DNA from: Candidatus Saccharimonadota bacterium
GTDB taxonomy: Bacteria; Patescibacteriota; Saccharimonadia; Saccharimonadales; UBA4665
DNA length: 64,000 nt
NCBI GenBank assembly: GCA_014377525.1
Contig: JACMPL010000028.1
Location: 4,492-68,491, forward strand
Direction of reading: 5' to 3'
The notes under the pieces were generated by a model. That model was given only the letters and a program-made list of their open reading frames with translations, had not been told where the DNA came from and made no database searches. Position 1 is the stretch's first letter; each line of letters opens with the position of its first letter. Position numbers and translations under genes: made by a program. Shown piece after piece: positions 27,027 through 35,798 of the stretch.

Positions 27027-27263
27027 ACGTTCCTTTGGTTAACTAAATGAACCTTTATCATAACCAGCCCCCCATATCACTGCTATCGAATAATTTACAG
27101 CGCTTGCTGTTAAATCAGAAAGACAAATAAGAATCGACATTATGGATGATTTTATAGTAATTATCCGAAGGATGATTGGCGTTCCATTCACAATCACCAT
27201 CGACAATGTCGAGCATAAAATTGGCGGATATAACAGTAGTCGCACTTAACAGATTCTCAGCAT

Positions 27264-28277
27264 TTAAGCGAGCTGATCATCGCGCTTCGATGCGATAATC
27301 GATCCGATAATAAGCCCTAGTCCTAACATCCCGGTAACGATTTCTGGTAGCTCATAGATCACCGATAGTATCATAGCGACTGCTAAGACGGCGATGGCGT
27401 AGTGTGCGCCGTGCTCCAAAAATTTGTAAGCATCAAGCGTGCCTTTACGCACCATGTAAACGGTCAATGAGCGCACCCAGACAGCGCCAACGCCGAGTCC
27501 GGCCACTATCAACACGACATCGGAGGTGATTGCGAACGCGCCGAGTACACCGTCGAGCGAAAAACTGGCGTCGAGTAGTTCGAGATACATAAACATCGTA
27601 AACGCCGCCCAGCCGGTATAGTGAGCCAGCTTATTTGTTTTATTCGTAGTCTTTTCGATGACGTAATTAAGCCCATGAATTGCTAAATAAACGGCTAGAC
27701 CAATAAAGCCGGCTCGAACGGTTTGCCCAGAATGATGATTAGCCGGAACTACTGCGATAACAGCGATGGCGATAGACGTTAGCAGCGCTGGCATCCAGGT
27801 AGTTCCAATCCGTTGCAGGAAGCGCTCGAAACGACTGAACCAATGATGCACCTTGCCTTTTTCCATAAAAAAGTGGAGCGCTAACATCATTAAAAAAGTC
27901 CCACCAAAGGCAGTAATTGTCGGGTGAGCCATTTCTAATCTATCGGCATACTCGGTCGGATGATTAAGTGCCAGATCGATAACCGCTCGCCACGACAAAT
28001 CGGCGGTGAGCGCGACAATCAGAATTGGAAATACTAGACGCATACCAAAAATAGCGATGATGATTCCAACGCTTAAAAATATTCGTTGCCAGGTTGGTGA
28101 CATTTTCTTGAGAATTTTGGCGTTGACGACCGCGTTATCAAAACTAAACGTAATTTCGATAATCATTAAAATGACGAGCGGCACAAGCGCAGCGGGGCCC
28201 AGGTAGTAAGCCGAGAAAATAATAGCAAGAATAGTCGCAGTAATCGAAAACCAGAAAAACTTAATTTGGGCTAACAT
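27264..28277 (-). CDS. DUF475 (TerC-superfamily) integral membrane protein
   Basis: The motif ITFSFDNAVVNAKILKKM is followed by multiple TM helices. Confidence 0.7.
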   Translation of the reverse strand: MLAQIKFFWFSITATILAIIFSAYYLGPAALVPLVILMIIEITFSFDNAVVNAKILKKMSPTWQRIFLSVGIIIAIFGMRLVFPILIVALTADLSWRAVIDLALNHPTEYADRLEMAHPTITAFGGTFLMMLALHFFMEKGKVHHWFSRFERFLQRIGTTWMPALLTSIAIAVIAVVPANHHSGQTVRAGFIGLAVYLAIHGLNYVIEKTTNKTNKLAHYTGWAAFTMFMYLELLDASFSLDGVLGAFAITSDVVLIVAGLGVGAVWVRSLTVYMVRKGTLDAYKFLEHGAHYAIAVLAVAMILSVIYELPEIVTGMLGLGLIIGSIIASKRDDQLA

Positions 28278-28292
28278 GGTCGTACTATCCTA

Positions 28293-28589
28293 TCATGGTC
28301 GATGAACTTTATTGTTTTTCGTATCAGCCGAGTCGGCTTTTTTGTCAACTTTTTGTTCGAAGTTGTCGGCTCGTTGTTTGGCTTTATCGTAGATGGCTGT
28401 TAGTGCAGACCTGGCAGTATCGGCGTGTTTGCGGGCCCATTCGAATTCTTGAGCTAACAGTAAAAGCGCCAAGAAACATACCAGCAAACCAGGGCCAGGC
28501 AGCGGAATCAAAATAATACCTACAGTAAATAATGGTATCCCGATAATCAAGATACCAGCTCGGCGTGCAAATTTTACAGTACTCCCCAT
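28293..28589 (-). CDS. PGPGW-motif small membrane protein
   Basis: The sequence IPLPGPGLLVCFLALLLLAQEFEWARK matches the family, and there are two TM helices. Confidence 0.6.
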   Translation of the reverse strand: MGSTVKFARRAGILIIGIPLFTVGIILIPLPGPGLLVCFLALLLLAQEFEWARKHADTARSALTAIYDKAKQRADNFEQKVDKKADSADTKNNKVHRP

Positions 28590-28625
28590 CCTCTTATTAT
28601 ACAGTAGTCGTTGTGCTAGTAGGCG

Positions 28626-31184
28626 TTAGTTATGACTTTGATATTGCCGTTGCAAATATGAACCATAGGTCGGCGTGTTATTGCACGCTTCAACTGTTTG
28701 ACAGACGCCAGCATCATACTGTGCGTAGGCTAGGAACGCCGCAAGTTTTTCGGTATACAGTGGACCATCGACGTTGGTAGGCGACTCACGAATTGGATAA
28801 CCGACGTAGTACGTTATTGGAATGCTGACTAAATTATCGAATATCTGTTGTTGGTAGACGTCATGAGCTAGGGTTACGAACCGTCCAACGCTGCCATGGT
28901 CACTGTGATCGCGCAGAATGTTCCCCTGAGCACTACTTTGAGTGCGAATCTCGGCAGGATTGTACAATGCCATGATCTCTGCCAGGGCCGACTCGAGTCC
29001 AGATTTTGTATAGCCGGATTGTTGATCAACCGAACTAATATTGGCGATTCGCCCCGTCTCGAGTCTATTCAGACTTTGATGTTTAGTTTTAGCAAAGCCA
29101 CCCCCGTCTAGCCCGCCATCCGGTAGACGCATGAATATCAGCGACACCTCGGGATGATCTTTGAGAGTTGAGACACGGACGTATTCGCCCCGTGGGAGTC
29201 GTACGATTCGTTGCAGCCAATCATTTTGGGAGTGCAGTAGCGTTGCATAGGCCGCTTGCGAGCCCTGCTCTCTCGACGCTAAGTAAGCAGCGCCATAACC
29301 GCTGTCACCGGCTGTCACGTAGACTGTCCGAACGCAACGGCCAGATTGTAAATCAACAGTAATATCCGGATTCATAAACAAAATATCATCGTCTTCGTGT
29401 GCAACAAAGTTCATGGTAGTCGCATTACGACAGTCGGTGCCTGGTAGCGCCGATGCAGCTATTGGCAAAATCGTCGCCGTATCGATAGGCTCAGTAGCGT
29501 TCGGCTTCTTAGATTTATCAAAGAATAGCAATAATTCAGTCGGTTTAGAGAGCGTACCGGCAATGAGCACACTCTCGTTCGGTGTGCCATAAGCCGTCAC
29601 GACTTGCGTTATCGAACACTGCGGAAAATCCGTCAGGCTTTTGTCGAGTGACAGCAAGTAAGCAAACGGTTTTGTATCAATATTTTGGCGCCAAACTTGG
29701 CTCACGAGTACCGTTCTGAGCTGCGTACAGGTAGCCAGCGGCTGTATCGTAACTGGCCGCCGAGATTGCTGACGTATTGGTAAGACTCGCCAGTAATCAC
29801 CGACTAATACCGGCATTTTACGCGAAGTCAGTACCTGTATGATTCGATGATTACGGCTATTAATCTGCTGATACGCTGCCTGCTGAGATTGTGAAGTCTG
29901 GCTAGCAACGTACACACCGATACCGATGCTGCCCATCAAAATTACGCCGCAAACTAGCACTCTGTTGGCTAACAATCGCTTGCTACGAAGCATTACTGCT
30001 AGACAAATGAAGCCCGCAAACCAGATAATTGTCATGTACCGGCTGTCGACCGCGTAATAATGATTACTAACGACATACAGCGCTATCGAAGCTAGTGCGG
30101 TCCAAGCTAACATCGCTGCAAGGAAGACGGCTTTTGGTGGCTTGGCCTTCGGGCTTTTAGCCAAGAATGCTCGTAATAAAATCTGACCAACTGCATAATT
30201 ACAGGCTAGAAGTATGCTAATGTTGACAACGTAGGCTGGGCCACCAACCGATAAAAGCCGGTGCAAGACTGCCGATGGTACTTGGGTAATCTGAGTCGCG
30301 TCATATGCCGGATTTGCACCAAAGTTCGTAAACAGACCGGCTATGGCATAGATTATGCCTACTAAGACTGTTTTTAAGTTAGTGACAAGTCCAAACGGTG
30401 CAGCAACAGTGACAATTCCGACGACATGCGTCGACTTCAGACCAACAATAATTAACCCGCTTAGCAGTGCGGCTAAGATGCTACCACCAAACCACCGCGC
30501 GGTGGCGGCAATGTAAGCAGTGCGGTTACGAACGGCGTAGGCAATCAGCGCGACTAACGATGCACCGATGCTCAAGCTCAAAAATAGCTGGTCGCTGACT
30601 ATAAGTAGCCCGAGTAGCGTAGCACCGGCAGCATAGCGCCAAAACTGTTTGCGTTCGGGCCACGTTAGCAACACGATAGACAGGATAAACACAATATACT
30701 CGATGTTGCGCGTTGCCACCATCGCCATATTTGTCGGCAAAATACCACCGACATATGGCTGAGCTGGGATCAATAATAATGTAGAAGCGAGCGCTAAACA
30801 AAGTGTTCCAAACACCAATGGACGGCGCTCAATTCGACGAAGCAACAGCGCCATCGAACCGATAGTAACCAGCATGACAGCAACCGTCATTGCGCGGTAG
30901 CTGGCATTACTAGAGTGGAATAAATGGATTATAAAAAATAACGGCCACTTAAGTAGGAACGTATGTTGGCTCGGGTACTGCGCACCGTGCATGACGTGGC
31001 TATTTTCGAAAAGATACGGGTTCACGATTTGATCGGCGTTTGATTGCTGAACAAGCGCACCCTGGTAGCCGACGAAGGCGGCGACCATACTTAGCAGTAC
31101 AACGGAAAGGAGCGCGTAGCCATTTTTAAAACTGCGGTGCGCAGTAATACGGACCAGTACTGGTGGTAGAACGATCGGCGGCAT
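28626..31184 (-). CDS. Fusion protein: polytopic membrane domain of about 450 aa (GT-C-like by context only) plus a PIG-L/LmbE deacetylase domain
   Basis: The N-terminal half has about 12-14 hydrophobic helices. The C-terminal half has NFVAHEDDDILFMNPD and DHSDH. Its ATG shares 1 nt with the TAA stop of the upstream GtrA gene. Confidence 0.7.
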   Translation of the reverse strand: MPPIVLPPVLVRITAHRSFKNGYALLSVVLLSMVAAFVGYQGALVQQSNADQIVNPYLFENSHVMHGAQYPSQHTFLLKWPLFFIIHLFHSSNASYRAMTVAVMLVTIGSMALLLRRIERRPLVFGTLCLALASTLLLIPAQPYVGGILPTNMAMVATRNIEYIVFILSIVLLTWPERKQFWRYAAGATLLGLLIVSDQLFLSLSIGASLVALIAYAVRNRTAYIAATARWFGGSILAALLSGLIIVGLKSTHVVGIVTVAAPFGLVTNLKTVLVGIIYAIAGLFTNFGANPAYDATQITQVPSAVLHRLLSVGGPAYVVNISILLACNYAVGQILLRAFLAKSPKAKPPKAVFLAAMLAWTALASIALYVVSNHYYAVDSRYMTIIWFAGFICLAVMLRSKRLLANRVLVCGVILMGSIGIGVYVASQTSQSQQAAYQQINSRNHRIIQVLTSRKMPVLVGDYWRVLPIRQQSRRPVTIQPLATCTQLRTVLVSQVWRQNIDTKPFAYLLSLDKSLTDFPQCSITQVVTAYGTPNESVLIAGTLSKPTELLLFFDKSKKPNATEPIDTATILPIAASALPGTDCRNATTMNFVAHEDDDILFMNPDITVDLQSGRCVRTVYVTAGDSGYGAAYLASREQGSQAAYATLLHSQNDWLQRIVRLPRGEYVRVSTLKDHPEVSLIFMRLPDGGLDGGGFAKTKHQSLNRLETGRIANISSVDQQSGYTKSGLESALAEIMALYNPAEIRTQSSAQGNILRDHSDHGSVGRFVTLAHDVYQQQIFDNLVSIPITYYVGYPIRESPTNVDGPLYTEKLAAFLAYAQYDAGVCQTVEACNNTPTYGSYLQRQYQSHN

Positions 31185-31612
31185 TAGTGTGTTTTTACAG
31201 CCTGCTCAATCGGCCTGAATATCCGAGTCTTGTACAGATAGAAATTCCAGATCGTGGTTATCGCCAGAGCTGAGGTTCGAGATACTGTTGGCGATACGCT
31301 ACTGGACAAGAATTTTACAACCAAAATAGTAAACCCGAAATTGAACAGAACTAGCAGTGCAAATGCAGTTATTTGTGGCAATAATACCCGAGCGTGCACC
31401 CGCTTATCCCGAAAAGTAACTAATTTAGTGAGTACGAACGATACGCTTAGTCCAAGCCAAAAACTAATGCCCACTGCTACGACGTCACTTGCCCCGGCTC
31501 GCTGTGCGATCAGAATAATTAGTAACTCCAACAGATAGACGGAGCCGCCGATCAATAAATACCGAACGCCTGGCCGCTGCGACACTTCAACTAATTTTTT
31601 CACGAGCTCCAA
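31184..31612 (-). CDS. GtrA-family membrane protein (putative polyprenyl-phosphate-sugar flippase)
   Basis: The protein is 142 aa with four TM helices and a GtrA-like N-terminus (VRYLLIGGSVYLLEL). It sits between the GT2 gene and the large membrane protein. Confidence 0.7.
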   Translation of the reverse strand: MELVKKLVEVSQRPGVRYLLIGGSVYLLELLIILIAQRAGASDVVAVGISFWLGLSVSFVLTKLVTFRDKRVHARVLLPQITAFALLVLFNFGFTILVVKFLSSSVSPTVSRTSALAITTIWNFYLYKTRIFRPIEQAVKTH

Positions 31613-32579
31613 CTTCTGATCTTACCTGTTTTATCGATTCTACGGCATCGACGATATAAAGCGGACGATTCTGCGTTTCGGCGTGGATGTGCGACAAATA
31701 CAGTCCGAGTATGCCTTGCGACATGAGCAAGCAACCGACAAGAAACAGAATAAGAATTAAGACGAAGGCCCCGCCGGTAATTCGCAGACTTAGCGGATCA
31801 CCAATCAACATTTCAAACGTCATAAATATACCCAGAATCACTGATATTGGCAGCACGATCACGCCCAATATAGCCGTAACATATAACGGTGTGTTGCTGA
31901 GCGAAACGAAGCTATCGATGGCTAGTTTGACAAGTTTTGTGACCGAATAAGTTGACGTCCCGCTCATCCGCTCCCGAGCTGCAAATGAAATATAAAACTG
32001 CTGATATCCAAGCCAATCGATGAGCCCGCGGGTTATGCGTCGCCGTTCGCTTAGCCGCAAGAATTCGATCTGAACCGACTGGTCTATCAGCCGAAAATCA
32101 GTCGTACCAGCTACTACCTCGCTACTACTTAGCCGCTTGAGCAGCATGTAAAATAATTTTGAGCCGTATTTTTTGACGAAACCTTCGTGCTCGTTCGCCG
32201 TTCTTACACCGGTTACAATCATGGAGCCATTCTGCCAAGCAGCCAGAAAATCCGGGATACGTTCAACCGGGTGTTGACCATCGGCGTCGATCATCATAAT
32301 TGCAGCACCACTGGCGTGTTCGATACCGGCAGTCGTGGCAACTTCTTTGCCAAAATTACGGGTTAACGCAATGATGTTGACTGCCCTGTCGTGCTCGGCA
32401 ATTTTTTTTATTTTTAATTGGGTGTCGTCAGTGGAACCATCGTTACAATAAATTATCTCGTAGGTAACACCGCTTAACTTCAACACGGCAATTAATGAAG
32501 CGTGAAATTGATTGATGCCAGCCGCTTCATTATGAAGCGGCACGACTATCGATAAAACTGGCGAATATGATTTTGACAT
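31587..32579 (-). CDS. Family 2 glycosyltransferase of the polyprenyl-phosphate sugar synthase type (GtrB/ArnC/DPM1-like)
   Basis: Supporting blocks are LSIVVPLHNEA, YEIIYCNDGSTDDT and MMIDADGQHP. It also has the two C-terminal TM helices typical of GtrB-like enzymes. Confidence 0.85.
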   Translation of the reverse strand: MSKSYSPVLSIVVPLHNEAAGINQFHASLIAVLKLSGVTYEIIYCNDGSTDDTQLKIKKIAEHDRAVNIIALTRNFGKEVATTAGIEHASGAAIMMIDADGQHPVERIPDFLAAWQNGSMIVTGVRTANEHEGFVKKYGSKLFYMLLKRLSSSEVVAGTTDFRLIDQSVQIEFLRLSERRRITRGLIDWLGYQQFYISFAARERMSGTSTYSVTKLVKLAIDSFVSLSNTPLYVTAILGVIVLPISVILGIFMTFEMLIGDPLSLRITGGAFVLILILFLVGCLLMSQGILGLYLSHIHAETQNRPLYIVDAVESIKQVRSEVGAREKIS

Positions 32580-32637
32580 TACTTGAGGTAATTATACCAA
32601 ACAGCCATTGCAAACCTTGCATGTAAGTCGTATATTC

Positions 32638-32666
32638 TTGCGTATTGGTGTTTTATATGCTACAAT
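32638..32666 (+). promoter_or_regulatory. Sigma70-like promoter candidate (TTGCGT-17 nt-TACAAT) for the helicase gene
   Basis: The hexamers were read from the sequence about 100 nt upstream of the ATG. There is no other support. Confidence 0.3.
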
Positions 32667-32769
32667 TAAATCATTGTTAAAGATGAATCCGGGTGTTAGT
32701 GCCAAAGTTACTCGATTTTCATTGCAAACAATCGTTTAACTAAACTAATACACAAAGGATTCTTTTTTT

Positions 32770-33972
32770 ATGCCTTACAATTCACGTACCAACAACCGAC
32801 CAAGCCGGGGCCGTAGCTCTTCATTTAGTGGAGGCGGTGGTGGCCGTTCATCGCGCCGTCCTAGCAAAGAAAATATTCATGCTTCTCGCTTTATCAAAGC
32901 AGCCAGCATTCCAACCGAAGAAAACACGTACACACCAACCCATCAATTTTCTGACTTCGCAATCGATGAGCTATTACAGGTGAACCTGCGCACAAAAGGT
33001 ATCATCACGCCGTCACCGATCCAAGATCAGTCAATTCCAGCCGGACTAAACGGCCAAGACATTATTGGTATCGCCAACACTGGTACCGGCAAAACGATCG
33101 CTTTCGCAATTCCATTGCTCGACCGTTTGATCGCTGATCGCAACTCACGGGCTCTAATCATGGCGCCGACCCGCGAACTTGCTAAGCAGATCGAGGATGA
33201 ATGCCGCGAAATCGCCAAAGGTAGCGGCCTGACCGGCGCATTACTCATCGGCGGCGCTCCAATGGGTCCTCAACTGCGTGATCTTCGTGGCAAACCACGA
33301 ATCGTCATCGGTACTCCTGGACGCATCAAAGACCACATGGAACGCGGCAGCCTTGACCTTTCGACGCATAACATCGTCGTCCTTGATGAAGTCGATCGAA
33401 TGCTCGACATGGGATTCGTCGCTGATATGCGCGAGATTCTAGCCGAACTCAATACTGCTCGCCAGTCATTCTTCTTCTCAGCCACCATGGATCCAAAAGT
33501 TAGCTCGCTGATCAACGAATTTTCGCACGACCCGATCACCGTATCGGTAAAAACCGGCGACACGACCGATACAGTTGAGCAAAATGTTGTCCGCTACGGC
33601 TCACGAAACGAAAAAATGGAAAAATTACACGACATTTTGGCCGATCAAAGCCTCAAAGTATTAGTATTCGACGAAACACAGCGTAGCGTCGAACGACTGA
33701 GCGATGAGTTGAACCAGCGCGGCTTCAGAGTCGACGCTATCCACGGCGGTAAGTCACAAGGTGCTCGACAGCGTGCGCTTAACCGTTTCAAAGCCAACGA
33801 TATTTCGATTTTGGTCGCAACCGACGTTGCTGCTCGTGGAATCGACGTCAGTGACATCACGCATGTCATCAATTACACCACGCCACAATCGTACTCCGAT
33901 TACGTGCACCGTATCGGCCGAGCTGGCCGAGCTGGCCGCGTCGGCTACGCGCTGACCTTCATCGAAGGCTAA
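32770..33972 (+). CDS. DEAD-box ATP-dependent RNA helicase (DEVD variant) with an Arg/Gly/Ser-rich N-terminus
   Basis: The motifs are a Q-motif region, ANTGTGKT, PTRELA, VLDEVDRML, SAT, and HRIGRAGRAGR. Confidence 0.9.
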   Translation: MPYNSRTNNRPSRGRSSSFSGGGGGRSSRRPSKENIHASRFIKAASIPTEENTYTPTHQFSDFAIDELLQVNLRTKGIITPSPIQDQSIPAGLNGQDIIGIANTGTGKTIAFAIPLLDRLIADRNSRALIMAPTRELAKQIEDECREIAKGSGLTGALLIGGAPMGPQLRDLRGKPRIVIGTPGRIKDHMERGSLDLSTHNIVVLDEVDRMLDMGFVADMREILAELNTARQSFFFSATMDPKVSSLINEFSHDPITVSVKTGDTTDTVEQNVVRYGSRNEKMEKLHDILADQSLKVLVFDETQRSVERLSDELNQRGFRVDAIHGGKSQGARQRALNRFKANDISILVATDVAARGIDVSDITHVINYTTPQSYSDYVHRIGRAGRAGRVGYALTFIEG

Positions 33973-33992
33973 GCTACGTTCCCATCATAAAA

Positions 33993-34029
33993 TCCGCTCC
34001 TATACTATCTTATCTGAGCGGACTTTTTG
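33993..34029 (+). terminator. Hairpin TCCGCTC...GAGCGGA followed by CTTTTTG
   Basis: It is a 7-bp stem with a 16-nt loop and a T-run, located 20 nt after the helicase stop. Confidence 0.5.
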
Positions 34030-34058
34030 TTATACTATACTCAAATAAGGAGTACACC

Positions 34059-34283
34059 GTGGGCATTTCAGGATTTGGACTTATCTATATAATTATCGGA
34101 TTTATCGTAGCCATTAACAGAGGCTACTTGAGCAACATTACTACGATAGGGTCGCTCATATCGGCGTTGCTGGCAATACTCTTGTGGCCGCTGCTATTCT
34201 TCGGCATCAGCCTGCATATATCTTTCAGTGCTAGTCATTCGGGCTACTCGCTCTGGACAAGTTACTTGCTACGACGTCACTAG
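34059..34283 (+). CDS. Small membrane protein (hypothetical)
   Basis: It has a GTG start with AAGGAG 7 nt upstream, and two hydrophobic helices. Confidence 0.45.
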   Translation: MGISGFGLIYIIIGFIVAINRGYLSNITTIGSLISALLAILLWPLLFFGISLHISFSASHSGYSLWTSYLLRRH

Positions 34284-34405
34284 TTATGATTGCAGAGTAC
34301 GGCCGATACAAATAAACTTGACGGCTACTGTAAATAGTCTTTTTAGCGAAAGTTAATATTTATTTAACAATTGTAGTAGATACTGTTTGGTAGGACCTAC
34401 CCATC

Positions 34406-34806
34406 ATGAAAAATACTTCTAATCAAAGACGATCACAGCATTAGTACCGTCCTCACACAAGTACTGTCAAACGATTACGCGATTGATACTGCCTTCACTG
34501 GCAAAGCCGGTTTGAGTAAAGCTGGACTGTATAACTACAATCATCGTGCTAGATCTAAAGCTGCCTGACATTTTCGGATTAACTGTTTGTCGACGACATC
34601 GTTAAAGTAAGTATAAAGGCCCAATCCTCATACTATCGGCGAATCGATGGACAAACACGGTCGATGTACACGTAAAATATCTGCGCGATAAGATCGATCG
34701 ACCATATGGTAGCTCATTACTACAAAAGGTTCATGGTGTCGGCTATAAAATAGATGTATCAAGGCAAACAAGTAGTTTAATGGACACAGCGACAGGGTCA
34801 CAGTAG
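34406..34806 (+). pseudogene. Decayed OmpR-family response regulator
   Basis: Hand translation gives ATG plus an A5 run (+1 shift), then KILLIKDDHSISTVL..AIDTAFTGKAGL. A second shift leads into IIVLDLKLPDIFGLTVCRRHR, followed by an in-frame TAA (34603-34605). PILILSA is then joined directly to TVDVHVKYLRDKIDRPYGSSLLQKVHGVGYKI, so most of the effector domain is deleted. Confidence 0.7.
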
Positions 34807-34814
34807 ACGATTGG

Positions 34815-35277
34815 CTACGAATTATTTTGTACCTTATCAATCAAAGCGTAGATTAAAAGGGACCGTTGCCAAGCGTACCTAACGCACCTTCCAAAACTAC
34901 TATTTAAAATGAATATACCCACTCCCCGACAGCTACTTACCAAGTATCTTTTATTTATCAAGCCCTATGATGGTCCAGCCGATAAACAGCTTGATCGCAG
35001 CGGTAGCTGCTTCGGGGCTACCGTAGATCGCCAGTTAGCGTCTTGGCATAATCGGGAATGGTCACTAATACTATTTGATTTTAGCGGCCAGTTGATTAGG
35101 CCAGCGACCGGATTAGTCCATCGATTCGCCGATAGTATAGGAATCGCCAAGCGGCAAGTAGCGGAGGCTACCACTGCTAAGTTTGGGCTGCGAACGAGTC
35201 TGAATATGCACAAAATATACCAGGCCGATCCCCAAAACGGCGACAATTACAACATCAGAGAGGCCACTGAGCGTCAC
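34815..35277 (-). pseudogene. Decayed SGNH/GDSL hydrolase
   Basis: Hand translation of the minus strand from GTG 35277 gives a TM helix, then YLPLGDSYTIGES (block I), an in-frame TAA (35113-35115) and RWPNQLAAKI. Further stops and frameshifts follow, with fragments IVLVTIPDYAKT and GYIHF (block V-like). Confidence 0.6.
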
Positions 35278-35751
35278 CTAACGGCCAGTTCCTGGTGTCG
35301 GAGTTACGTTGACCGGCGCGACATTTATAATCAAGTTTGCCGATGGCCGATACAGTATCGCTTTTTGCTGCTGACTGTACACGAATGTTATATCGCCGTC
35401 CTTAGCTTGGACATAAAATTTCTGACCTTGTAACTTGGCGACATCTTTGACGGTTACGATCGTTGGCACCTCGTTTGTCGGTAGTAAGATCAATTTACCC
35501 AATCTAACTGTTTGAGCTGCATAGTACTGCTGCCCATTATTTTGCAGCTTGCTCTTAGCCTGCTCGTACTGCACGAACAGAAAAATACTAACTAGCGCCA
35601 AGATGGCCAGTAACACCCAGGGTAATTGTTTTTTTGATACCACGGTTTTAGGTTGCGGTAGTTTTAGTTTACGCTTTGGAGTTTTTGGAGGCTCGACCGG
35701 ATCGGTCGGCGGCATATACGTTCTAGTCGAAGATGTACTTGTCGATCGCAT
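35278..35751 (-). CDS. N-terminally TM-anchored hypothetical protein
   Basis: It has a Pro/Lys-rich N-terminus, one TM helix (WVLLAILALVSIFLFV) and an extracytoplasmic beta-rich domain of about 90 aa. Confidence 0.5.
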   Translation of the reverse strand: MRSTSTSSTRTYMPPTDPVEPPKTPKRKLKLPQPKTVVSKKQLPWVLLAILALVSIFLFVQYEQAKSKLQNNGQQYYAAQTVRLGKLILLPTNEVPTIVTVKDVAKLQGQKFYVQAKDGDITFVYSQQQKAILYRPSANLIINVAPVNVTPTPGTGR

Positions 35752-35798
35752 ACTGTCCCTTGTTTGTGACTGTATTGTAGCAAACTTGCGTGCGAATG

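Noticed and set aside
27039-27245. A 68-aa minus-strand ORF between the DUF475 gene and the hydrolase.
   Set aside because: It has no family resemblance or RBS. It is more likely a spacer containing the hydrolase promoter.
28278-28625. A yybP-ykoY (Mn) riboswitch upstream of the TerC-superfamily DUF475 gene.
   Set aside because: Only 15 nt and 36 nt of spacer exist upstream of the DUF475 and PGPGW genes. That leaves no room for a riboswitch of about 100 nt, so the genes are probably co-transcribed with the glycosylation operon.
10688-35277. Three in-frame TAA codons inside otherwise conserved coding sequence (transaldolase 11354, response regulator 34603, SGNH hydrolase 35113). I considered whether TAA is recoded as a sense codon.
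   Set aside because: Many well-defined genes in the window terminate with TAA at the expected family C-terminus (FAD oxidase, sodN, rpmF, GtrA, the DEAD-box helicase, and the transaldolase's own final stop). Two of the three cases also carry frameshifts and deletions. AT-biased nonsense mutation is the simpler explanation.
34909-35433. A 174-aa plus-strand ORF, and the 93-aa minus-strand ORF at 34965-35246.
   Set aside because: Neither has a recognisable family. Both lie over the decayed SGNH hydrolase reading frames, and the plus-strand ORF also overlaps 35278-35751. They are best explained as chance ORFs within a pseudogene.
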